A stretch of 62,091 nt of DNA, filler included, from Choristocarpus tenellus KU-1152 (Eukaryota; Protista; Phaeophyceae), in assembly GCA_964200185.2 (NCBI GenBank). It is 9 parts of 9 records of this genome, joined end to end, with 100 filler letters (N's around TTAATTAATTAA, not from the genome) between each part and the next. Parts side by side here need not be neighbours in the genome. Positions count along the whole stretch, not along the records: positions 1 to 3,410 come from CAXNAD020020232.1; positions 3,511 to 8,256 come from CAXNAD020013233.1; positions 8,357 to 20,009 come from CAXNAD020002204.1; 6 more parts are not named here. One strand, given 5' to 3'. Every line of letters begins with the position of its first letter. The first letter of the stretch is position 1. This document shows positions 1 to 13,128 of this stretch, one piece after another. Made by a program: the position numbers and the translations under genes. The notes under the pieces are model-generated. The model was not told the DNA's origin. It did not search any database and was given only the letters and a program-made list of their open reading frames with translations.

Positions 1-1037
1 TATGCTGTGCCCACTATGCAGAAATGTTGACAGGGCCTCTTGGGACCGGGCTTTTTGCACCACCCCCTGTCGGAACAAAAATCGGAACAAAAATCAGCCA
101 ATGATAGGACTCGCAGAAATGTGAAACGTCCAAATACCCCCCAAAAAGGCACACTCTCTTCAAACAACCGTGTTAATATCATTATCATTATTATTTATTT
201 CAATTTATTAGCTTTTCATTGAAACTAGTCATCTAGTCATCTTGAGTGGAACTGCTTGTTAATGATGTACTCGGTAGGTTGTGGACACTGCAATAATGTG
301 ATCAGGAGTATAGCTTTTAAAATCATGAAAGGACAGTCCCTTTTGGGGGGGGGGTGAGAGGGAGCACCATTTCCTTTCTTATTTTGTATGCGTTTACAGT
401 TTCCCTCAAACAGGATCTCTGTAAGCAGGCGGGAAGCCGCGGCAGAAAAGAGCCAGCTGTAAAACTGGCTCTATTATGTACAATGGTGAGCCATACGAAT
501 TTTTCGACAGTTTCAGATAGAACTTTTTTTTGGGGGGGGGGTGATTTGGTAAATAGAATGGTCCCTTTTTTGTATTTTTTAGATCCCTTCGAGATGAAAC
601 GGAATGAGGGCAGAATGACATCACACATAGGCATGACAGAGGAGAAGGGTTGTGATGCAAGAACATTTCCAGGTATCCAAAGCCTTGTGTCTAGAAAATT
701 TGACTAACATCTTTGCAGAGTCCGTTATATATATATATATATATGCGTATTCTTTAACAGCTCTGGCAGCAGTACTGTCTTGATGGCTTTTGTCTTGCCA
801 CAGAACATATTGAGATGGTCACGGCACTATTATATTTTATTATGTGTTATTATTTTTTGTCTGTTACTTTGGTGATGCAATTTTTGTCGTGACATGATTC
901 CTTTCAATAATCTCATTGTAACTCATTTTTTTCCGATAGAACTTTTTTCACTGGCTCTATTTGCCTTGAATGCCAAACACATACAGACACAGACACACAC
1001 AATCTACACCCCTCACTCCACTCCCCCTGCCCAACAG

Positions 1038-2142
1038 ATATCAAGTTCCCTCGTGCAGACTCATGAGACCTATGTTGAGGGTCGTAAGAAGAGTCGCATT
1101 CGGTCAATGAGGGCCTGTGCGGAGGTGGGGCAGGTACTACGTACACTGGTGGGAGCCTTGGAAGGCGTTCGGGGTGCTGGGGAGGGGGAGGGGGAGGGGG
1201 GGAAGGAGACAGTGCGAAACGAATGGGCTGTGACCAGGCAAGGTTTGTGGCCAACATATTGAAGTTTTTATGTACTGGGGGGGGTTGTGTCGTGTCGACC
1301 GTTGGACTGTTCTTGTCCTGGGGTTTTGTTTGTGGATGAAGGATTATATGGTCTTTTTATTGCCCTAGGTTTTCCAACCGAGAGTTGGTGCTTGAAGGAA
1401 GTACTTTTTTTTAAATATTAATAAAATGAAAAATAAAAAGAAGCGCACGTTTTTGGAATTTTGTTGTTGTTGTTGTTGTTTAGGTACTAGGGAGAGATAA
1501 GTGAGGATGTTTGTGTGTTGGTGACTTTAGTGTCTTTTTTTATGTACTGTTGGACTTGGCAGGGGGATTGTTATATGGTTCAGATGTATATAGAAATAAA
1601 CTGGTTGTCAGTGGGTTGTTTTCTTTTGAGACCATGAGAGTGAGAAATGCTGTCATGACAAAGATGATACACTGCACTCTGTAGTTGAAGATGAAGAGCC
1701 CACCGTTTTTAGAGTTCTATGCTGCATCCTATCCAAAGGTGGGGAACGGATTTGCATTGAGGGGGCTTAATTTTTTGCATGTCTGGGTTGGACAGTCCAT
1801 GGTGTTTGATCTCGATAGGGTGTGAGCTGGCACACTTGAGCCCTTGTTTCAACACTGCGTCCCCACAACCTCGTGCGTTTTAAATCTCCTCAAATGCGTC
1901 TCGCACGCAGAAGGGTGTATCATGCCATGTTTGCAATAACCTTCATGAGGTCGATGCCCGTTAGTTCCAAGCCTAAGAAAGGGTACTTGAACATTGTTGG
2001 TGACATTCGACTGCCCGGGGAGGCTCGCGTTTCAGTGATGCCACCACGGAGTGGAAGGGAGAGGGGAAGGCTAATCATGGGATGGAAGGAAGTCTCGGAC
2101 ACCTTTGATCGATCCATCGCAGTTATGCTCAAAGTTCGTCAG
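1038..2142 (+). CDS. Probable exons of an unidentified gene (1038-1124/1133, possibly 1685-1738, and 1911-2142)
   Basis: Open, protein-like segments bounded by YAG and GT: ISSSLVQTHETYVEGRKKSRIRSMRACAE and RVYHAMFAITFMRSMP...WKEVSDTFDRSIAVMLKVRQ. I could not make the intron phases fully consistent and recognised no domain. Confidence 0.35.
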
Positions 2143-3410
2143 GTCTGTTGCCGGGATCAGCGCTTGGACTGGCACTGACTCATGCCCCCACGGTTGATGA
2201 AGATTGTGTGTGTGTGTGTGTACAACTAATGTGTGAGTGTGCTTGTTTTGTCCTGGTTGTGTTCTGTGCTCTGAGTCTCCTGTGGTATGATTTGGGGGTG
2301 TGGGAGCGTAGTCTAGGTGGCGAGTCTCTATATATGGCATGGTAGTATTTTTTGCAAGAGGGGAGTTGTGCTAATAACGCAGTGTCTATTTTTTATTTTT
2401 GGTGGGTGTGGGAAGACAGCTTTGTCGATTGTGTAGTGAATTTCAGTTCTTTGATCAGCACGATTCGATTTGTATCGATTGATTTTATAGTGTGTTTTAT
2501 AGTGATTTTTTAGTGATTTTTAAATCGCAACCAAACGGTGAGTTTACTTTTGAAAAATAATAAAATCATGCATCCGTCCGTGTACATACAAATGTATAAA
2601 TCGCTGCGATTTGATAATATTGCGATTTTTATTGAAACAAAAAAGAAGGGGGAAGTTTGGCGGGGGGAAGGGTTTCATGAAAATGTGTGCGGGGCACGCA
2701 GTGCTCGCAGATCTCAGCGATATGCACGCCTCCATTGGTGCTCTGCGCGTGTAGAAATGTCGAGTATTAAGAGAACAGTATGAGCACATGGCAACAACAA
2801 CAAAAAAAGTATGAAAATAAAATCCGATCATGAATTGCTGGGGTTTGCATTCACAACAACATTGACCAGGTTGCTTTGATTCTCTCAGGTCTAGTGATTC
2901 AGAGGTGTCTGGTATGCAATGTGTGATATGTGTGTGTTTGATTTGAAATTGATATGTGTGGACAGTGCCCCGTTGTCGCAAGAACAGTCACCGATCGAAT
3001 CTATATCGAATCTATAACCCTTGACTATCTTTGTGTTTTGTTGAATGTTGTGGTTGCTAGTCCTTCACGATACAGACTCTAGTCAGATTTTACTGCAATG
3101 ATGGGGTTGCCATGGCATTGCTTGCTGTAGATGATATCAACCGCTTCGCTCTTGTCTTGAATTGGTTCCATTTTTTTGCATTTGATGGGGAAAAAAATAT
3201 GATCTTGCATTGAATCTGAGGTTCTATGTGGTATTCAATCTGTCTGTAGAGTTATACCCCTTTTTTATTGCCACTTTAATTAATGGTATATTAGTTTTGG
3301 TCCTAATGGAGCTACCTTGTTCGGAAGTGTCACCTGATTTGGCTCAAAGCCTGTTCTTATAGCAGAGGGGGGGGGAGCGGGGTGGTGGGGGGGGGCAGTT
3401 TTTGCCTGTG

Positions 3411-3510
3411 NNNNNNNNNNNNNNNNNNNNNNNNNNNNNNNNNNNNNNNNNNNNTTAATTAATTAANNNNNNNNNNNNNNNNNNNNNNNNNNNNNNNNNN
3501 NNNNNNNNNN
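3411..3510. other. Artificial contig spacer N44-TTAATTAATTAA-N44
   Basis: Exactly 100 bp; the central 12-mer gives stop codons in all six frames; the same spacer recurs eight times. Confidence 0.98.
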
Positions 3511-4038
3511 TGAGGGGGGTTAGGACGTGGTTCTGAGAGTACAAGTTAGGGTTAGGGTTTAATTCAGTGCCTCTATAGTGGCAAAGGAAACAGTCTCTAT
3601 GGTAGCAGACATAACCACAGTTCAAGTGTATTTCATGAGTCCTGCCAACCACTTCAAGGCTGTACCATGCTGTTGCACCATCTTTTGAATCAGTCATTTG
3701 ACCTATTTTGCAGTCAGGTTTAGGGGAAAAAAAATAGGTTGGAATAGGAAAAAGGAATTTCAAGGAAACAAGAGTCATGCTTTCGATACAGCATTGCAGT
3801 GGATATAGCAGCACACAGACCATTGCTATCCGCTTGAATAGAGGTGCTTTTCTCGGAATTCAGCTTCCTGGATTCTGAATGTTGCAAAGTTTCAGGAGTA
3901 GAGTACTTTTAACCATTCGAAACAGTGGAGACTAAGAGGGAAGGTGGGAGAGGAGTTGATTGGGCGGGCGATTCAAGAATCCACTGCACATTGGGAGGGG
4001 TGGACAAGTTGGGAAAAGGATGTGTGTGTGACACTCAC

Positions 4039-4994
4039 CTTCCCTCCTGTGGAAACCCCAACCTCGCCAGAGACTACAGTGTTTTTGAAGGACAAGGACC
4101 TGACCCTGGTCTCTACCTCCCTCGCACTGAGCTCCCCCTCGAGCTGAAAAAAGAAAGAGTCAACGAACTCTGACCCGAGGACCTTCATCACGTCTTCCAC
4201 CGAGTAGGCTGTGGACTTGCAAAGTACCTTTCCTCCCTCTTCCCAGAGCTTGATGTCCACCGACATGTCAATGGACACAGCTAGAAAGCTCTGTCCCCTG
4301 AGGCTCAGTCGAAAATGTCCTTTTTCGGCCAGGACTTCGATGTCATCATGATTCCAGCAGGCGTAGACGATCCGTGAGGGGTCATCGAGGAGGAATCCGT
4401 TCATCGACGCAATGGGTGCCCCAGGAATGGTTGCCTGCAGGAGAGGAGGGAAAATATCACACAGCTTTCTTAGCGTTGCCTACACAAGAGGAACCTACAC
4501 TACTCTGTACATGGACCCCAAAGAACTCAGCAATAGGATACACCTCATCCACACCTTTATGGAATGGATTCAATTTTCTCAATTGAAAAAACAGTCAAAC
4601 GGGACCAAGCAACGGTCCTTCCGACACTAAGCCACTGTCAAGTGCAACTGCTGAACTTCATGACAAGGAATCACACATCAAGACGAAACTGTATCATAGT
4701 ACTCGACCCCGAAAATATCACCTCCACGCCTTGCGTGCTTCCGAACTCGACTACTCCCTCAGTGCACCGAAAGAACTCATTCTTGAGTTCAGCTTTGGAT
4801 CTGGATGGTGAAGCCCCCAGGGCCATGTCAACCTGATGCCCATGTTTAAGACTTCGGTAAGCACCCTTCAAATGGTCGCTCGAACCCAATCCTCGTGGTA
4901 TAGCACGACCTCCTAACTGGATAAATGCCAAGGCCGTTCCGATGCGTCCAAGGAGAACCAGATTCAAGGCTACAATCGTTACCGACAGACGCAT
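4039..4994 (-). CDS. DUF1997-family protein with bipartite plastid-targeting leader, 3' partial (exons 4994-4722, 4434-4039)
   Basis: Exon 1 reads MRLSVTIVALNLVLLGRIGTALA|FIQ (signal peptide plus Phe) through EFGSTQGVE and ends at GTGATA. Exon 2 follows ctcctgcag in phase 0: ATIPGAPIASMNGFLLDDPSRIVYACW...HFRLSLRGQSFLAVSIDMSVDIKLWEE...FVDSFFFQLEGEL...GEVGVSTGGK, ending at GTGAGT. The pattern resembles cyanobacterial/plastid DUF1997 proteins. Confidence 0.75.
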
Positions 4995-5259
4995 GGTGAA
5001 AAAAAAGCACAAGAATATCCCTGTCACCAGGAAGTACACAGGTGCAAGTGAAAGGTCACCCAACTAATGTAATTTACTTGAAGCAACAGACCTAACATGT
5101 ATTGTTTATACGTACAATAGTCAATCAATGTAAACTGCACACGACTCTGATGTGGCATTTAAAAAATATACCACTCTGAGATCATGCTGAACCTTAGATA
5201 TTTCAATCCTGGACACTAGACAGTAGTGGCGGTGCAACCACGCAAGACCAGTGGACGAT
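4995..5259. promoter_or_regulatory. Putative bidirectional promoter and 5' UTRs
   Basis: Only 265 bp separate two divergent ATGs (4994 on -, 5260 on +); AT-rich core near 5065-5170. Confidence 0.55.
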
Positions 5260-8056
5260 ATGTTGGGATTGCGACAGTCCCTGATCATCTGGACCCTTGT
5301 ACACTGTTGCCCAGCACTGTCCTTCTCGCTCGGCTTAAGAGCAGTTCCATCTCGTCCCTGCTTGCCAAGCTGGACTGGCAGAGTGGGCGGTTCCTCCCAG
5401 CAAGCACCGGCTCTCATGAGTGGACCACATGAGGTGAGTTTATCGTCTGAGTTGAGGGTTCTTTCTGCGTTATTTTCGTATCCACCGATTGCGCTCACGT
5501 GCTACCTCTAGCTGCAACCTCTCTACTGGCATCAACTCATGGGCATCGATTGTTGTAGTACAAGAACTTCAACTCGTTGAGGCATGGTCAGCCGCCTAAG
5601 GTCTAAGGACTGCTCCTCCCTACTCTCCTAAATCTTTCACAAGCTCACTCAGAGACGAGGATGGAATCTCTATGCAAGCGTGAAGGGAGAGGGGACGGAA
5701 ACCGATGGATTGACAACCCCATTGGTAGAGGGTACTTCGGTGTCTCCACTGGTACAGGGTGGCGAATGGGCTCTGGATGTCCTGGGAGGTAGCACACAAT
5801 GGGTTGTGGCAGGTAGTGTGGCTGCTGCTCTATTGGCACGAAGCGACTCGGAAACGCTGGTTTGGGTGCTTGGATCACTCTTGAACGCTGTTTTCTCCAA
5901 GGTGTTAAAGAGGTCCATCAATGAGGTGGGCTGGAATAAACACCCCAAGTTGGCAATTGTTCAAGTTCTTACCGTGGTTCACACCTCTCAATTCTTTGTC
6001 ATATTGTATATCTTCAAGTGTCTTGTATTGCCTCTTTGCAGGACCCGTCGTGATCGTAACTGTCTGTGCAAGACGATATCTGCTAGTTGTGACCCTATTT
6101 AAACCTAGAGATGGATGCCTGTTCTCGCTTGAGACAGATTGCCAGACGAATTGCGATAGAACTGCATCGTGGGGATCAGAGATTTGGCACCACACTCGCT
6201 GCTGTCCTTACCCGCGCTATCCCGGTCCACAACTCTCTTCTCTCTGCAACAGTGCCGTCCAGAAGGATCACGACTCAAGGACCCGGGTATGCCTAGCTCG
6301 CATGCAATGGTGAGTTCAGTGGTGCTTGTGTCATGGAAATAGGATGGTAGATGTACCCCCATACTTCTTTACTCACATTTCGATAAGGCCGCAATATTCC
6401 GGGAGTCGATATTTTGCAGTTACATATATATATATTCACACAAACACACTAACTTTATCAAATTCCTTATCCCACGATACGCTCTGCAATCTCGTGGGTT
6501 GTTGTCAAATGATTTGCTGTGGTAGTGGTTGTGTTTCCTACAATACAATGTTCGGTTATAAGCTCTCGGAGTTGTGTGCTTATCTTCAGGTTTTGTGTTC
6601 CATTGATGATACCTGCAAATGGTCTTTTGTCCACTAGTGCTCTCCTGTTTCTTTCATCCTGTTTCAATTCTAGTACAGCTCCCATTAATTGGTTGATTCT
6701 TGCTTCTCCTGTACTAAAACAGTGAAGGGTACGTTGGCATTGGGATAGGACCTGTCACTTAAGCACAAAATTCTATCCACTTCAGTCAGAACACTCTGCT
6801 TCCCTTCAAGTCATTCCCTTCATCCCTTGAGTATCTGCGCCTTTCCCTCACCCACCCATCCTCCCACTAACACCAATTTCTGTACTGCTGCCAGTCTCTG
6901 TTCTTCTTGGGGACTTACCTGGTGCTGGCCTTACAGGAGCATGGTGTTGATCCTGGCCTTGGCATGGGAGTGGGGTGGCCACTTGGAGGATTGGAGACAC
7001 AAGTGATGATCTCAGTGTATGCTGTGACTGCTAGGTGACTGACCCTTCACCCCTGCATTTGGGGCTGGTGTTAGACTGGTGGTAGACTGGACTATGAAAG
7101 GGTGAAAAGGGCATTGTTTCTATTATTATTGTAACAGTTCATGGTGATAGCATAATGGGGACTGGTTGTTTTATTTGTATCTGAGTGAAATAGTTGTTCA
7201 AGGGTGCAAGGAGGAGTGCAACCTTTCTCGGGGAATCAGGGACTCTTGGCAATAGAACTTTGTCTGGATTTACCTCAAGTAGTGTAGTTTCTTCATTCCC
7301 AATGGGCTAGCATGATCAACCGACTTCTAGAACACATTGGTGTCATTGTAGAACACATTGGTGTCATTGTAGAACACATTGGTGTTATTCGTACCAACTA
7401 CTCCGAGCATTTGTCCTGCACTCTTGAACACTCTTGAAACGTCCATATTTGATTCGGTACGGCCTTTACAGCCCTTGAAGCAAATGAGTTTTATTGTTTC
7501 ACATGACCTTTTTGTGCCTTGGCAGGCGTTACTCAGTATTATTGTACCAGTACTATTGTACCAGTACTATTGTACCAGTATTATTGTACCAGTATTATTG
7601 TACCAGTATTATTGTACCAGTACTATTGTACCAGTACTATTGTACCAGTACTATTGTACCAGTATTATTGTACCAGTATTATTGTACCAGTATTATTGTA
7701 CCATGGACAGGACTTGATTCATGCGCCGAGGACCTCGACCAATGCCTAACAGGTGGCAAAGAAACTACTCTATTAAATAACTCACCTTATTCGATGGTTT
7801 GAATTGTGAATGCCACTGCACCCTCACCTACTTTCGATCCCCTTACCCTTGACCCTCCCCCCACTGGAGCCCCCCATTGCGTCCTTAACCTTTGCCTTCT
7901 GGGTGTGTGATGGTGCTCTCAATCAAACAACTGTCCAGCCTGTGGAGGGTGAAGGCCGGGTTCCACAGCCCGTTGCAGGTTGGGGTAGGGGCGTGTGTTG
8001 GCACTATGGACGCTGCTCTTTGGTATGCCGTCTGCCAGTGGGGCCTGATACACCAG
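5260..8056 (+). CDS. PAP2-family lipid phosphate phosphatase (LPP-epsilon/dolichyl-pyrophosphate phosphatase-like), plastid-targeted, 3' partial (exons 5260-5433, 5653-5925, 6253-6309, 6895-7034, 7939-8056)
   Basis: All introns are GT-AG with consistent phases (0,0,0,2). The spliced product has PAP2 motifs C1 KVLKRSINE|CRP, C2 DPGMPSSHAM|SLFF and C3 SLWRVKAGFHSPLQVGVG. The N-terminus MLGLRQSLIIWTLVHCCPALS|FSL looks like a heterokont signal peptide plus Phe. Confidence 0.88.
7328..7389. repeat. 21-bp tandem repeat x3 (TAGAACACATTGGTGTCATTG), intronic
   Basis: Two perfect copies and one near-perfect copy, read directly. Confidence 0.9.
7534..7701. repeat. 14-bp minisatellite x12 (CAGTAYTATTGTAC), intronic
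   Basis: 168 bp = 12 units differing only at one C/T position; accounts for the repetitive ORFs at 7379-7802. Confidence 0.95.
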
Positions 8057-8256
8057 GTGAAATTAAAAAAACCCCGGAGTGATCACCATTATTAAGATTT
8101 TTTTTCCCCTCTCAAGTACTATATATATATATATATATAGCCTGAGATGAGGATAGTGATACGATTAGTGAAAGGGCTCTAGGGCTGGTGCTGTGTAGTG
8201 TGTGTGTGTGTGTGGGTGTTCATCACCAGAAGGCGTGGAGTAGGGGTGGGGGGTGG

Positions 8257-8356
8257 NNNNNNNNNNNNNNNNNNNNNNNNNNNNNNNNNNNNNNNNNNNN
8301 TTAATTAATTAANNNNNNNNNNNNNNNNNNNNNNNNNNNNNNNNNNNNNNNNNNNN
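8257..8356. other. Artificial contig spacer
   Basis: N44-TTAATTAATTAA-N44. Confidence 0.98.
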
Positions 8357-8396
8357 CCACAACACAAATAAAAAAAAAAAAAAAGGTTTAAATACG

Positions 8397-8430
<34 letters not shown>

Positions 8431-9306
8431 ACAGATACTTTGACCCTGTTGGTGTTCGAACCATTTCCAACAAACAAACAAGGTCCTTCTGGTCTCGACA
8501 AATCATGGCACAGAGTACTGTAGACTATGGGTTGTGTATTTTTCAAGGCGTTATTGTCTCCCCACCAAGCGGGGATCGTAGGTCAGTTGGGGGTAAATGA
8601 TGCCCAGTTGTTTCTGGAAGGTACACCTTTTTTGTGGCTTGCCCTCTATTATTATTTATATATTTTTTGTCGATTGAAAGGTACAAAACCTCAAAGCCCC
8701 CGCGGGCTGTAGTGAGTAGTGAGGCTTGGTCCTGGCGGGTGCTGATGTGTAGCAAGCGTGAAGCTGGCGTAGGGGATATAGTTGTGATATTCGAACAGTC
8801 TTTTGTGTTTGTGATGTCCGAGAGCTGCCACCACGAATGTAAGCATCCCTAGCGGAGTTGAGGGCGATGGTGTCTGGGGCATACCTATGTAACTGTGTAT
8901 ATATGCTGTCGCTGATTGGCTTCATAGCGTCGTGATGGTCCCTGTTAACATTTTTTTTTGTATACGACTGAAAAGAGGCGTGTTGCTTAGTTTTCTTATG
9001 GGTGGATTTTTACCGCGCTGACTTTTTGTGGGAAAAAAAAATTACGCTAGGGTTAGGGTTAAGGTTTGGGTGACACGTATGCACACGCGCTAATACACTT
9101 AAAACACACAGAGGCCCTTTGGCATGTTCTGGAGTAGGTTGGGTCATGGCTTGATCGCTCTTCCCTGGCGAAAGGATCGTTGTGGGTGAGTTGTAGTGTT
9201 TGAGACATTTGTGCTGGTGAGTTGTAGTGTATTGTCTGGTAGTAGCGACTGTTCACTTCTGCTGCTTGTTTTCCCCTCTCTGTTCATATCTCCGATGCTG
9301 CCCCAG

Positions 9307-10546
9307 GTGTATCACCTCCACTGCGTGACGCCAAAGCTAGAAAAGGTGATGGAAACCCTGTAGGCCCTTCTCACTTTTTTTTTTCTTTATGGTTTATGTA
9401 CGGTGTTCCTTGCATAGAGGCGTGTTTGTCGTTTGTCCGATCATGGACGGATTGTGATGTATCATATCGTATCGTATCGAGGTGATTTTTTTCTTTCTTT
9501 CTTGTCCTCTGGGTGTGAACGACAGCCTTCGCAGGCGTGTTTTTGTAATGGATGGGCTCGCTCCGTCGATTGCCAGTGTATACCGTGTGGGGGATGATTC
9601 AGTCGATCATGAATGAAAGGAAATCGCTGGGAACGGAGATGACATGCTTACGGGACTTTCTTTGTTGTAAAGTTTTTTTTTTTAGTACCACGTGCGGTCT
9701 ACAACGCCTCTTTGAAAAAGTGCGTCTTCACCACAGTGCGTTTTTTATTCTAGCGCCTCTGTTGAACCAAGGTTTTGAAGTTTGGTTCGTAGTGCCCGTG
9801 TTGGCTTGATTGATTGCATTAGAATAGAACCTGAGTGGGATCATGGCCCCATCTTCTTATCTCAACAGTTTGCGGGTCACCATTAGCTCTTGAAGGTATG
9901 CGTTCCTCAGTTCAGAAAGCAACTAACCCTAACCCTAACCCTAACTCGTCTGACCGAAACCAGCCCTAACTGTGACTCTCCCCCCTCCCCCCCTCCCCTC
10001 CCTTGTTGTGTCCCACCTTGTTGGTGATTGTGTTCCAACTTTTTCTTGGCTGTCAATACCTGCATATATATGCATGTGCTTGTATACGGCGGGCGTTCCT
10101 GTGATTGCAGATGCCAGAAGAGTCACTGTGGATCTGTCCAGACTGCACCAAGGAGGTTGTTGCGAACAAGGTATGTTAATTTATTGTTCATGTGAATGTT
10201 TTCCTGTGTAGAATCCCCTTTCTCTTTTTTTGTTTTGTTGTTCTGGTCTAGATGTTGTCTGTCCTTTTTGACACCTTCCAGAGGAGTATGGGTGTATGAG
10301 AGAGAGAGAGCTGTTTGCTCTTCCTTTCACAAGAGCCAGTTTATGAGTGTCAAGACAAATATGTATTTTTTTTCAGAGTAATGCGCACATCCTATCGAGT
10401 ACATGATTGGAAACCCCATGAAGTACTCAATTCATTTTTTTGTTTTTTTTTTCCAAAAGGTACTACAATTATTACTACTACTGTGGAATGGTTGATTCTT
10501 TACCGTAACTCTGTCACCTTGTGTGAAAGGTGCTTTTGTGGAGTAA

Positions 10547-10577
<31 letters not shown>

Positions 10578-10896
10578 CTCACTGATGTACTCTCTCTACC
10601 ATACTCACATATGTGGAGTGCTCTCCACACACAACCCTTAATTGATTAATTGATGAAAACAGGACAGATCAGTTTTTTTTATTTTTTGCCTCTCTCTCCT
10701 CCTCAGGCATCACATGTTGTGGCCTCCCGTCCCTGCCCCCCCCCCCCCCCCCCCCCCCCCCTTTTTTAATATCCCCCCATCATATCACTATACACCCCCC
10801 CCTTCTTTTTCCCCTAATTTTTCATATTTTNNNNNNNNNNACACATGCTTTTTTTTTTTTTTTTTCCCCCCCCCCCCCCCCCCGCCATCCTCTTTT

Positions 10897-10931
<35 letters not shown>

Positions 10932-13060
10932 CCCCTTTTATTGAATAGCACGCAATAGTATCATTGAACTACCTCTCTTCTTAGCTCCTCTAATTCTAAT
11001 TCGTGTTGGGTTGCTTTGGGGGTTCATTGCAGGCAAGCAAGCGGCGGAGGGGATTGGAGGAGGGCTTCAATAATGCAAACAGTGCTTCGGGGGCTGGGGG
11101 TAGTGGTAGGTCCGTGGCTGGTGGTCACCTGAGACGGGATGGGGCTGATGGTGTTGGTGGGAGCAGAGGTGGGGGGATGGGGGGGTGTGTGGGTGTGGGC
11201 TCAGGTGGCAGTGGACGAGACTTTGTGGGCTACCATGGAGTGAGAAAGGAGAATGATGCTTATAGGTCTTTTTTTATTCAAAAGAATCAAGCTGTGGACT
11301 TGGGACTGTATGCACTGGCGATAGATGCTGCTAGGGCGTATGACCGTAAGGTGAAGAGGGTTGGTGATGGCCCTGGGGGCCGCTATGGGAGTAGGATGAC
11401 GCTCCGATGTAGTTACTTGTTTTCTGTCTGCCGGCTATGTATATACTGCTGCTGGTATTTTGTGTGCTGTGATACATACATATATATATATATTAGGACA
11501 ATTTTGGCGTATTTTTTTTATTTTGAGAGGGGTGGTGACTGTGTTGGGCAGGGCACTTCTGCTCTGTAGTGCTCTGTAGTGCTGTGCCCTTTTCGGTAGG
11601 TAGGTCTGTGGTATCCGGTCCCACTGGGCTGTCTGGAAAGGATTCCCATAATCTGTTCGAGCTCTCTTTTGTGCTCTGATTTTTCAGTGAGGCTATTTGT
11701 TTCTGACAGAAAGAGATTCTATGTTGTTTTAGCCCACATACCCAAGAGACTTATCATTGTGTCCTGTTTTGTTGTGAAATAGGTGAGGAGCATTTGGGGA
11801 GATTCGGCACAGTGCAACTTTGGCGTGGACGACCAAGTTGAGGGGGAGAGCATGGGTGCCGACGGGAAGACTGTGAAGGTAACAAACGCCTGATTGCATG
11901 TGTGTGTGTGTGTGTTTTAGTGTGTAGGGGGTACGAGTGGAGGTTTGTGTATTTTTTGTGTTTTATATTGGTAAGATTTAAATATACCTTACTTTCTTGT
12001 TTCTCATTTTTTTTTCTGTAAGCTTTGTGTGCATGCAATCTGTGGTTGTTGTCTTTTGGGTTAGGGTTAAGGTTAGGAGGGTTAGGGTTAGGGTTAGGAG
12101 TGTCGGTTGGTGTGCGAAAAGGGGTAGGGGTTGTGGTGGAAAAAAAAAATGTATTGGAGCTAATCGGGTGTATTCGTTCGCCCTTCAAATCTCCAACTAA
12201 CTTCTATTGGCTCATTTATTTATTTTTTTCAAGCATTGGTTCCTTTTTTTCTGTACCAAGTTTTTTTTTTTTTTTTGTTGAGAGAAATGGGCGTCTAGAA
12301 ATGGAGATAGGTTTTGTGTTAAGAGGGGGGAGTGGGAGGTTGTATTTTGTATGTTTATTATTCAGTATGTCATATTTTATTTTGTGGAAATGCTTCCTCT
12401 CTCTTTTTATTTTATTACGTTCAGGGTTGTGCATGACAATTGGTGTGAGTGGGAGTATCGCTTGAGCCATGTTTTTTTTCATGCCTTTTTTTCCAGGAAT
12501 TTTCCGGTGTCGGTGTGTATTGCCAACATTGGGCTCATTTGATGTTCAGCTGTAAGAGTGATCTCTGATTCTTGTAATCTGTATAGGTGCTTGAAGTAGA
12601 AGTTCAAGGGTGCCTGTGACCAGTTACAGTTGTTTGTTCGTACTTCTTGCCATGCATGTATATTTGTATATGCCTGTGCAGTTGCCCTCCATCCTAGTGA
12701 CTTCTGTGGCTATTCAATTTTTTTTTAATGGTGGGTCATCTCCCGGCATATTCAACTTTTTTTTTTTTTAACAGGGCGTTATGCGCAGCTTTCATCAGTG
12801 GAGGGCGGAGATCCAGTGGGGTAATAAGAAGAGGCATCTTGGTTTCTTTGACAAATGTGAGCGTAGATGTATATGGTTCAATCATAGCTGTTGAAGAGCC
12901 CATTTCCGTAATTGTGGAAGGAGCTATTGAAGAGACGATCGTATGGGTCGTTGAATGCCAAACAACTTGAGAAACAACTTGAGCCTTTTGCGTGCGCGTG
13001 GAAATGATTTATTATTTTTTTACCATTTTTAGTAATTTTTTTTTTTACAAGAATGTTAGG

Positions 13061-13128
<68 letters not shown>

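Noticed and set aside
414-671. Candidate exons 414-485 and 583-671
   Set aside because: Splice-like boundaries exist, but joining them introduces a stop (phase mismatch) and no motif supports them.
3455-3466. Recurrent TTAATTAATTAA palindrome as a biological repeat or CRISPR-like motif
   Set aside because: Always centred in exactly 44+44 Ns; it is an assembly linker.
3925-4836. Plus-strand ORFs resembling a decayed viral or transposon gene
   Set aside because: They are antisense shadows of the minus-strand DUF1997 exons.
7379-7802. Repetitive ORFs (VPVLLYQYYCTS...) or a CRISPR-like array
   Set aside because: Translation of a spacer-less 14-bp minisatellite inside an intron of the PAP2 gene.
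8681-8768. Possible upstream exon supplying the first half of the PHD finger (VLMCSKREAG)
   Set aside because: Lacks the second Cys and gives the wrong spacing to His; not included in the gene model.
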